From the IMG/VR virus record IMGVR_UViG_3300045988_100918: 32,289 nt of DNA; one strand, given 5' to 3'. Made by a program: the position numbers and the translations under genes. Every line of letters begins with the position of its first letter. The first letter of the stretch is position 1. The notes under the pieces were generated by a model. The model did no database searches. It had not been told where the DNA came from and saw only the letters and a program-made list of their open reading frames with translations. Of this stretch, positions 8,584 to 15,150 are shown piece after piece. This DNA is from a virus.

Positions 8584-10155
8584 ATGGTGAAGAACCGAGC
8601 TGCCATATACGCGCGGTTCAGCTCGCACAACCAACGCTCAGAAAGCATTGAGATACAAGTTGAGAACTCACGCGAATACTGCGAGCGTGAAGGCTTGCAT
8701 GTCGTGCGCGAATACTGCGACTATGCGCAGACAGGGCGCAACGTAGATCGAGCAGAGTTCCAACGGATGATGAGCGATGCGAAGCTTGGTCTATTTGATT
8801 TTGTGGTGATTTACAAGGTAACTCGCATAATGCGCAACCGCGATGAAATGGCATTGGCGCGAATCATGTTGCGCAAGGCTGGTGTAGAAATACTTTATGC
8901 GGGCGAAGAGATAGCGAGCGGTTCGAGCGGTGTTCTTCAGCTTGGAATGCTCGAAGTTCTCGCAGAATGGGAAAGCGCAATCGACAGTGAACGCATTAGA
9001 GACGGAATCCAGAAGAACGCCGAACGGTGCATGGCTAATGGTCGCACTCTCTATGGATGGGATATCGTAGAAGGACGCTACGCCATCAACGAGCGAGAAG
9101 CCGCAGTGCTTAGGCGCATGAAGAACCTTTTGTTTAGCGGTAACTCAGTAGCGGAGATCGTGCGCGCCGTTGACGCTGAGCGCAGCAAGCGCGGCGCAAA
9201 GTTCAATCAGGATACCGTCACCAAGCTTCTAAAGCGAGTGCAGAACGCAGGTGTCTACAAGTACGCAGGACACGAGGTAGAAGGCGGTATGCCAGCCCTA
9301 TGGTCACAAGCAGAACAGGATATGATAAACAGCATCCTTAGCGACCGTCACCGCCCACGAAGGAAGGTTGACAGCGCGCTAGAGTTCCCGCTTAGCGGAA
9401 AGCTCTATTGCGCTCGATGCGGAATGCCAATGGCCGGAACAAGCGGAACCTCTAAGAATGGTTCTGCCTATCACTATTACAAGTGCCGAAAATGCCGCAG
9501 GACAGTTCGCCGAGACTTGATAGAAGATGCAGTGGTCGATATGACCTATGAAGCAGTAAAGCAAGCTGATGTGAGAAAACGCATTGCCAAGACGCTTGCT
9601 GGCTACGAAGCTGAGCGGGCGACCGAAGAAAAGCCCGAAAGCTACTTCATCAAGAAAGAGATTCGGCGTATCGACACCGCGTTTGAACGCATCTGGCAAG
9701 CGATAGAAGACGGCATAGCGCCGCCCGGTGGCAGAGAGCGTACAACCGAGCTGAAGCGACAGAGAGCGGAGTTAGAAGCCCGCTTGCGCGTTGCAGAGCA
9801 AGCGGAATCGCTCGAACCATCGGTTGACGATGTGCTTTTGTGGCTCGATGATCTCGCGAACGACACAACGCCTTTGGAAATCCTCAACGAGTTTGTCAGA
9901 TTCGTTGAGATTGACGGCAAAGATGTAACCGTCTACTTCATGTTTGACGAACTGCCGGACGATTTCACGCCAAAACAGAAAAAGGCCGAACACCCTTGCT
10001 ACCAAAGGTGTTCGACCAATTCTCTTGTGGTGGAGCTTATGAGAAAAACGGCGAACTCCACCAGTACCGCCAACCGCGCATCTATCCAGCTTGATACTTG
10101 CGTTGTTAGAGTATCGAAAAACTGGTTTGTTGTCGTTGGCACGTGTCAAAAATAG
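8584..10155 (+). CDS. large serine recombinase (phage-integrase type)
   Basis: N-terminal resolvase catalytic domain (AAIYARFSSHNQ..., serine nucleophile). Recombinase domain, zinc ribbon CARCG...CRKC, and a C-terminal coiled-coil. ATG at 8584; the ORF track extends back to 8383. Confidence 0.85.
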   Translation: MVKNRAAIYARFSSHNQRSESIEIQVENSREYCEREGLHVVREYCDYAQTGRNVDRAEFQRMMSDAKLGLFDFVVIYKVTRIMRNRDEMALARIMLRKAGVEILYAGEEIASGSSGVLQLGMLEVLAEWESAIDSERIRDGIQKNAERCMANGRTLYGWDIVEGRYAINEREAAVLRRMKNLLFSGNSVAEIVRAVDAERSKRGAKFNQDTVTKLLKRVQNAGVYKYAGHEVEGGMPALWSQAEQDMINSILSDRHRPRRKVDSALEFPLSGKLYCARCGMPMAGTSGTSKNGSAYHYYKCRKCRRTVRRDLIEDAVVDMTYEAVKQADVRKRIAKTLAGYEAERATEEKPESYFIKKEIRRIDTAFERIWQAIEDGIAPPGGRERTTELKRQRAELEARLRVAEQAESLEPSVDDVLLWLDDLANDTTPLEILNEFVRFVEIDGKDVTVYFMFDELPDDFTPKQKKAEHPCYQRCSTNSLVVELMRKTANSTSTANRASIQLDTCVVRVSKNWFVVVGTCQK

Positions 10156-10161
10156 CATTTT

Positions 10162-10249
10162 CTGGTGTTTGCAAAACACCAGATGGGCGGCTTGCTGTAA
10201 GCCCGTCTAACGCCAGAAAGCGGGGCACCCCTTGTCAGGGTACCCCGCT
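10162..10249. terminator. GC-rich hairpins in the convergent intergenic region (candidate bidirectional terminators)
   Basis: CTGGTGTT-TGCA-AACACCAG at 10162-10181. GCGGGGCACCC...GGGTACCCCGC at 10220-10249. The region lies between the end of the serine recombinase (plus) and the end of the endolysin (minus). Confidence 0.45.
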
Positions 10250-10255
10250 TGAACA

Positions 10256-11320
10256 CTAATAAGAAAGCTTCTGGCCGGGGTAGATCGTATAAGGTGCCCC
10301 AATGCCGTTCTTGCTTGCGATGGTGTGCCAGTCGATGCCGAGCGAAGCGCCAATCTCGCTGAGCGTGTCGCCGCTCTTGACGGTGTAGACGCGCGCAGCG
10401 CCAACGCCCGCCCTCTGGTTGACGATTGCCTGAACCTCGCTGAAGCGGTCGCCCAGAACGTCGCTGCGCGTCGGCACAACGCCGAACATGCCGCGTTCCA
10501 CATCATCTGCGAGCTGAGAAGCGGAAGCGCCGTCAATGTAGTTGATGAGGTCTTGCACCTCTTGGTAACGGTCGCCGAGCTTTTCGCGGCGCTCAGCATC
10601 AACGCCATACTCGCCACGCATTACCGCTGCCGCAAGGTCAAGCGTCGTGCCCTCCGGCGAAGGCTCGGCGACCTCTGCGGGCGGAACGTCTGGTGCTGCC
10701 GCTCCGGACGGGTTGGCGAACTTACCCCACGCTTCGCGCGTCATGTAGGCGATATCGAGATCAAGCGGTGCGTTGAAGCCATCAAGACGGCCATTCGACG
10801 TGTACTGGTGGATTGCGCAGCTATCCCAAGCGCCGAAGCCGCCATCGGGAAGCCACGGCGAAGACTGGTAGCCTGTGCGGTTGTTGTTGGCGTACTGCGC
10901 AACCCAGAGCGCGTGATTCGGCGCAATCTGCGACCAATCTTCTTCGGTGCAAACGCTACGGCTCATGTAGACGATGCAGCGAACGCCGGTCTGATCGTAG
11001 ACGTAATCGAGGAACAGCTTTGCCTTGTCGGTTCCGATGCGCCCGTACATCTCATAATCGAGAACGGGAATGCCGTTACCGAAGTAGTTACGGCAGCTTG
11101 CGACGAAGTGCTTAGCTTGAGCGATGGGGTCTTCTCCGTTCATGAAGTGGTAGAAGCCCCAGAGTTTGCCGAGCTTGATAGCCTGCTGAATCCACGGGTC
11201 GCAGGTGTTGTGAACGATGGTAGTTCCCTCTGTCGCCTTGCAGATCACGAAGTCGCAAGGCACCTGCGCGAGGTCAAGCCCGCGCTGGTAGTTAGAAATA
11301 TCAATGCCGTTGAGTGCCAT
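10256..11320 (-). CDS. endolysin: GH25 muramidase + 2x CW_7-like repeats + C-terminal LysM
   Basis: N-terminus GIDISNYQ...DFVICKATEGT is GH25/Cpl-1-like. Two repeats (...LGDRYQEVQDLINYI / ...LGDRFSEVQAIVNQR) resemble Cpl-7 CW_7. LysM motif YTVKSGDTLSEIG...YPGQKL. Confidence 0.85.
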   Translation of the reverse strand: MALNGIDISNYQRGLDLAQVPCDFVICKATEGTTIVHNTCDPWIQQAIKLGKLWGFYHFMNGEDPIAQAKHFVASCRNYFGNGIPVLDYEMYGRIGTDKAKLFLDYVYDQTGVRCIVYMSRSVCTEEDWSQIAPNHALWVAQYANNNRTGYQSSPWLPDGGFGAWDSCAIHQYTSNGRLDGFNAPLDLDIAYMTREAWGKFANPSGAAAPDVPPAEVAEPSPEGTTLDLAAAVMRGEYGVDAERREKLGDRYQEVQDLINYIDGASASQLADDVERGMFGVVPTRSDVLGDRFSEVQAIVNQRAGVGAARVYTVKSGDTLSEIGASLGIDWHTIASKNGIGAPYTIYPGQKLSY

Positions 11321-12011
11321 AGAAGCCCCCTCTGATGCAGTAGAAGTAATGAAAATCGACCTGCTCTAGCTCTTCGAGCGTGAAGGCGCGCGCCGAGTTC
11401 CCAGCGCTCGCCGGGTCGCGTATCCAGTAGCCGTCATCGTCGGCGCGCCAGATCATCACGACGTGCCCGCCGTAGTCCCTATCTCCGAGTGTTCCGCTCA
11501 TGCCAGCGAACGCCAGCCATCCGTCAGACACGTTCTGAAGGACGGGCGCGAGATCGTAAGAAATCGGCGTGCTCTCGATGCCGTATTCCGGGTAATGCTC
11601 GGCAATCCACGCGCAGAACTTGCCGGGGTCGTTCACGCCATCGGTCAAGCACGTGTCGCCAACGAACGATGCGAGCGTGAGCGGTGTAATGTCCTGAAGC
11701 GTCATGTATTTGACAGCCATAGCCGCGCATGTAAGGCCGCAGCCGTATTCGCCGATAGCGCCGCCCGCATAGGGTATGTAGTCCCATTGCGGGTCGGTCT
11801 GAAGCCATAGCGGCATGCTGTTACCCTCTGCAATCGGCCTATCGACCACGATTGCAAGGCGGTCTTCCTCAGCCGCCGCGTATCCCTCTTCGCGCGCTTC
11901 AGCGAGCGCGCCCGCGTCGCTCTCGATATGGCCGACAATGAGCCAGCCGCAGTAGAGCATTGACGCGAGCGCGCCGGAAAGCACGAGGGCGACAGCCTTT
12001 AGCCTACTCAT
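11301..12011 (-). CDS. membrane-anchored papain-like (C39/BtrH-like) cysteine peptidase, lysis-associated
   Basis: N-terminal signal-anchor helix (LKAVALVLSGALASMLYCGWLIVG). Candidate catalytic Cys in GCGLTCAAMAV and His in GGHVVMIW. ATG at 12011. Confidence 0.5.
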   Translation of the reverse strand: MSRLKAVALVLSGALASMLYCGWLIVGHIESDAGALAEAREEGYAAAEEDRLAIVVDRPIAEGNSMPLWLQTDPQWDYIPYAGGAIGEYGCGLTCAAMAVKYMTLQDITPLTLASFVGDTCLTDGVNDPGKFCAWIAEHYPEYGIESTPISYDLAPVLQNVSDGWLAFAGMSGTLGDRDYGGHVVMIWRADDDGYWIRDPASAGNSARAFTLEELEQVDFHYFYCIRGGFYGTQRH

Positions 12012-12264
12012 AGCGCTTCGGCTCGGTGTAGGTGAGCGCTTGCGCGGAATCGCCAACGCCCGCCGTGGTCGGGTCGGTCACGATGCCCAGAATCGCGAGC
12101 ACGGCGAAAAGCGCGTTGATGATCGCGGCCAACTGCTCGTTCAGAACGCCGAAATCCCACTGGTACCCGAACGGTGCGGCGACCACCTGCACGAGCAGAA
12201 GGACGGCGGGAATGAGGGTCAGCCAAAACGTCTTGTTCTTGATTCGTGCGGTGAAGTTAATCAT
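12004..12264 (-). CDS. holin, phage phiLC3 family
   Basis: MINFTARIKNKTFWLTLIPAVLLLVQVVA...AIINALFAVLAILGIVTDPTT.GV.DS.QA..Y.EPK matches the phiLC3/Holin_LLH-like family. ATG at 12264 with an AAGGAGA RBS. Confidence 0.75.
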   Translation of the reverse strand: MINFTARIKNKTFWLTLIPAVLLLVQVVAAPFGYQWDFGVLNEQLAAIINALFAVLAILGIVTDPTTAGVGDSAQALTYTEPKRYE

Positions 12265-12281
12265 TTCAGTTCTCCTTGTTG

Positions 12282-12617
12282 TTAATCGGATGCGTGCGCA
12301 TCCATAAGCTCTTTCCATAGGTGGGTGCCAACGCCGTTGCCACCAAGTCTCGCGTACACCTCATGAACGCTGTTGGCTTGCTCTTTGATATCGAGCGGAA
12401 CAGGCTTGCCCGTCTGCACGTACTCCGCATGCAGCCTGAACAGCTCTGACTTCATGAGGGCGCGCATGCCTTGAAGCAGCAAATCATGCTCAGCGTCGAA
12501 CTTCGCATCGGCCTTGCGCTCTCGCTCCTTGTGCATCTTGACCGCAGCGCCGAGCGCGCCGACAACCGCTGTCATCACGGCGGAGAACAGCGCTAGAAAA
12601 ACCTCCGATGCTTCCAC
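12282..12617 (-). CDS. hypothetical protein with N-terminal TM helix
   Basis: 111-aa ORF immediately upstream of the holin. Confidence 0.4.
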   Translation of the reverse strand: MEASEVFLALFSAVMTAVVGALGAAVKMHKERERKADAKFDAEHDLLLQGMRALMKSELFRLHAEYVQTGKPVPLDIKEQANSVHEVYARLGGNGVGTHLWKELMDAHASD

Positions 12618-12618
12618 G

Positions 12619-13065
12619 TCAGCCCTCCGTCACCTCTCGCCAGACGGTTGCGGTGCCGGCAGCCCCCGGCTCCCAGACGTTGTTAGCAACGAGGGATTCC
12701 CAGACCTTGCCGTTGTGCTTCACGCGGGCACCGAGCGGATAGGGATTCGTAGAATCGGGCTGCACCCATTCGGGCGCTTCCTCTGTCGGCGTGTCGGGCG
12801 TTCTGGCTTCAAGCACCTTCGCCCAAAGGCTCGGCGCTGCCGTTGGTGACCAATCAGGCTGCGAAGTGTGCGCCTGAAGGCACGTGTAAAGCACGCCCTC
12901 GAAGCTCACGCGCTCGCCCTCGGAGTAGGCGTGGCCGTCGCCGTCCCACGCCGCGAAAAGCGCGGGGCACTTCGCCGCCACATCGCTAGAGAGCGACGGC
13001 GCTTGGCCGTCGAAAATGGCGATGATCGCGCGAAGCTTGCCCTCTTCCTCTTCGGTGAATGCCAT
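12619..13065 (-). CDS. hypothetical protein
   Basis: ATG at 13065 with an AAAGGGG RBS. The ORF track extends to 13089. Confidence 0.45.
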   Translation of the reverse strand: MAFTEEEEGKLRAIIAIFDGQAPSLSSDVAAKCPALFAAWDGDGHAYSEGERVSFEGVLYTCLQAHTSQPDWSPTAAPSLWAKVLEARTPDTPTEEAPEWVQPDSTNPYPLGARVKHNGKVWESLVANNVWEPGAAGTATVWREVTEG

Positions 13066-13084
13066 GTGTTCCCCTTTCTCTCGC

Positions 13085-13119
13085 AACAAAAAAGCCCCCG
13101 CTAATGCGAGGGCTTCGAT
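13085..13119 (-). terminator. rho-independent terminator downstream of the DGR RT gene
   Basis: AAGCCC..GC-TAAT-GC..GGGCTT hairpin followed by TTTTTTG on the minus strand. Confidence 0.6.
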
Positions 13120-13139
13120 ACCTTGCTATGTCGGCTTCC

Positions 13140-14249
13140 TCAGCCGAAAAGCTCCTTGTATAGCGCGTCCATGCGCTTTACCGTCTCGTGCGCGCTAAGG
13201 CGCTTCATGCTGCCGCGCCACGACTGGTAGGATTGGTTGACCTGCTCGACGGTCATAATCCCCTTGGCGACAAGCGCGGCTTGCTTCTTCAGCTTGCGCC
13301 GCTGCCGCGTCACGGAGGAACGGCACGGGCGAACGACAACCTTTCCGCCCTCGCCATATGAAAACCTCTTCTTCAGGAACACGAAGCCGCGCGTCAGCTT
13401 CACAACGCGCGTCTTCTTGCGGTTGATGATGATTCCCAGATCGTCGCAGAGCGCTTCGATGCGCGAAAGAGCGTCCCAAAGCGTCTGCTTGTCAAGGGCG
13501 ATGCAATAGCTATCGTCCATGTATCGCCCGCTCGCCAAGATGCCCGGAAGGGACAGCATCAGATGGTCAACGGGCGACGGCAGGGCGACGGCTAGAATCT
13601 GGTTCGGCTCGCTGCCAAGACCCAAGCCGCGCGCGCCGTGAGCGTCTATCTGGTCGCTCATGACGCGCTTAACGCGCTCATCGTCAATGGCTCGGTCGAT
13701 AAGGCGCTTGCATGCGTCGTGGTCGATGTTTGCGAAGTAGTCCGCGAAATCGACCTGCAAGATGTAGCCTTCCGCTCCATGCTTTCGGTGGTGCTCGACA
13801 AGCTGGCGCTTCATGCGTCGAATCGCGTAGTCGGTGCCGCGCCCCTTGACGTTCGCTGTGCATCCCTCGGTGAGGGTAGGCCAGATCGCGGGCGCAAGCG
13901 CGTGACGGCTCAACGATTTCTGTATAACGCGCTCTGAGAAGTGGACAGAGCAGATGTGACGAAGCTTGCCGCGCTCGAACAAGTCAAACTCAATGAAGCC
14001 GCGCCGGAAGTCAGCGCCCGTGAGAAAGTCGCGCCGTGCTCTCATGATGTTTGGAACGACGCGCGCCATGTAGCGCTGAACGCTCGATTTCCAACGCACG
14101 CCAGCGGCAGCGCCGTTGGCGGCATCGTATAGGTTATCGAGATCGGCGACAGCTTCCAGCGTGCAACCCTCGATGCGCCTAGCCCGGTTCTCAGCGCGCT
14201 TGGCATCGCGCCTTGCGCGCCGCGCAGCCCTGCGCTCTTCAGAGTTCAT
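13140..14249 (-). CDS. DGR reverse transcriptase
   Basis: RT motifs with catalytic YMDD (SGRYMDDSYCIA) and upstream FADYFANIDH. Likely start MNSEERRAA at 14249. The ORF-track extension to 14537 would run across the template repeat and is not credible. Adjacent TR/VR pair and avd-like gene. Confidence 0.9.
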   Translation of the reverse strand: MNSEERRAARRARRDAKRAENRARRIEGCTLEAVADLDNLYDAANGAAAGVRWKSSVQRYMARVVPNIMRARRDFLTGADFRRGFIEFDLFERGKLRHICSVHFSERVIQKSLSRHALAPAIWPTLTEGCTANVKGRGTDYAIRRMKRQLVEHHRKHGAEGYILQVDFADYFANIDHDACKRLIDRAIDDERVKRVMSDQIDAHGARGLGLGSEPNQILAVALPSPVDHLMLSLPGILASGRYMDDSYCIALDKQTLWDALSRIEALCDDLGIIINRKKTRVVKLTRGFVFLKKRFSYGEGGKVVVRPCRSSVTRQRRKLKKQAALVAKGIMTVEQVNQSYQSWRGSMKRLSAHETVKRMDALYKELFG

Positions 14250-14460
14250 GAGGGCACCCCGCGCGGCTCGCAATCGGCATCCAGCAGCCGCTTGACGGTT
14301 GACCATGAAACGCGGTCGAACGCCGAGAACCGCGCCATGCAAGCAGCGAACGGCAACCGTCGCGGGGTGCATATTTACGGGCTTGCGCCCGATGGTCGCC
14401 CCTTCCTTCCTCAAATGCACGGCGCGCGGCGCTTCCGGCCGCACGGTCTGGCAATGCTTG
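14250..14460 (-). ncRNA. DGR spacer region between TR and the RT start, expected part of the TR-containing DGR RNA
   Basis: Non-coding GC-rich segment containing a GCGGC-GCTTCCG-GCCGC hairpin. Its position matches the spacer used to prime cDNA synthesis in characterized DGRs. Confidence 0.4.
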
Positions 14461-14589
14461 GGAATCACGGCAGCGGGCGCACCCAGTCGTTCGTCGGCGC
14501 ATTGTTGTTGGCATTGCCGTTGCTGTTGACATTGCACGCGCTAGACGAAGACCCGCCCATGACCGACCGCAGCCACCAATTGACGCGAT
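14461..14589 (-). repeat. DGR template repeat (TR)
   Basis: 129-bp near-copy of 15162-15290. On the minus (coding) strand it is rich in AAC/AAT codons (AAT GTC AAC AGC AAC GGC AAT GCC AAC AAC AAT). Mismatches to the VR are almost exclusively at template adenines. Confidence 0.9.
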
Positions 14590-14617
14590 GATTTCCAAGG
14601 GACAACGCGCGAACATT

Positions 14618-15028
14618 CTACCCATTTCCAATGAGCTTCACGCCCGCGCGAGCGCCCTTTATGAGCTTTATATCGTTCTCGATGCTCTCTGAGATCTCTT
14701 CGAACTTAGCCACCTTGACGGGTAGCTTCATCGCAAGAAGGCATTGCAGGTCTTGGTAAAGCTGGTTTAGGTCTGCCAAGGCAAGCGTCATGTAATGCTT
14801 GCGTTCCTCGACGTTCCGCTGTGTGTTCGGGTAGAAGGCATCAGCCTTCACAAGGTTGAACACCACGCTTCGCGCCGTCTCCGCCATGGGGACGGCGAAG
14901 ATGAAGCGATAGGATTTGGGCACCGCGCCCGAAGTGACAAGGCGCGTCACCTCGTTTCGAATCGAAACCGCAGTGTTGAAATACTCGAACGTGCTTAGGT
15001 TGCGGTTCCGCACATATACGCCGCTCAA
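14618..15028 (-). CDS. avd: Avd-like accessory variability determinant (small basic helical protein)
   Basis: 136-aa ORF sitting exactly between the target gene and the TR, as in the Bordetella phage mtd-avd-TR-brt cassette. Apparent TTG start preceded by GGAGGGG. Basic, helix-rich composition. Confidence 0.5.
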   Translation of the reverse strand: MSGVYVRNRNLSTFEYFNTAVSIRNEVTRLVTSGAVPKSYRFIFAVPMAETARSVVFNLVKADAFYPNTQRNVEERKHYMTLALADLNQLYQDLQCLLAMKLPVKVAKFEEISESIENDIKLIKGARAGVKLIGNG

Positions 15029-15061
15029 TTTGCAACATCCCCCCCCCCTCCGTGATTTTCA

Positions 15062-15098
15062 AAAAAATACTTCGCCCGCGCTTCGCGCGGGGAAGTAT
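15062..15098 (-). terminator. rho-independent terminator between the DGR target gene and avd
   Basis: TACTTCGCCCGCGC-TTC-GCGCGGGGAAGTA stem (15069-15098) followed on the minus strand by TTTTTTT (complement of 15062-15068). Confidence 0.7.
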
Positions 15099-15150
15099 GG
15101 GCGCATGCGCAAGGCATGCGCCAGACCTGTACCATATACGGCTGATTTTA

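Noticed and set aside
10325-11335. 336-aa plus-strand ORF antisense to the endolysin
   Set aside because: The minus-strand frame encodes recognizable GH25, CW_7 and LysM domains. The plus frame is Arg/Ala-rich noise.
13140-14537. 465-aa RT ORF interpreted as a group II intron maturase/RT or retron RT
   Set aside because: There is no intron RNA domain context, but there is an adjacent TR/VR pair with adenine-specific mismatches and an avd-like gene. The N-terminal 96 codons of the ORF-track model overlap the TR and lack an RBS. The start at 14249 is preferred.
14239-14631. 130-aa and 99-aa ORFs (14239..14631 minus, 14292..14591 plus) across the TR/spacer
   Set aside because: They overlap the non-coding DGR template and spacer, have Arg/Ala-rich low-complexity translations typical of GC-rich off-frame artefacts, and have no RBS.
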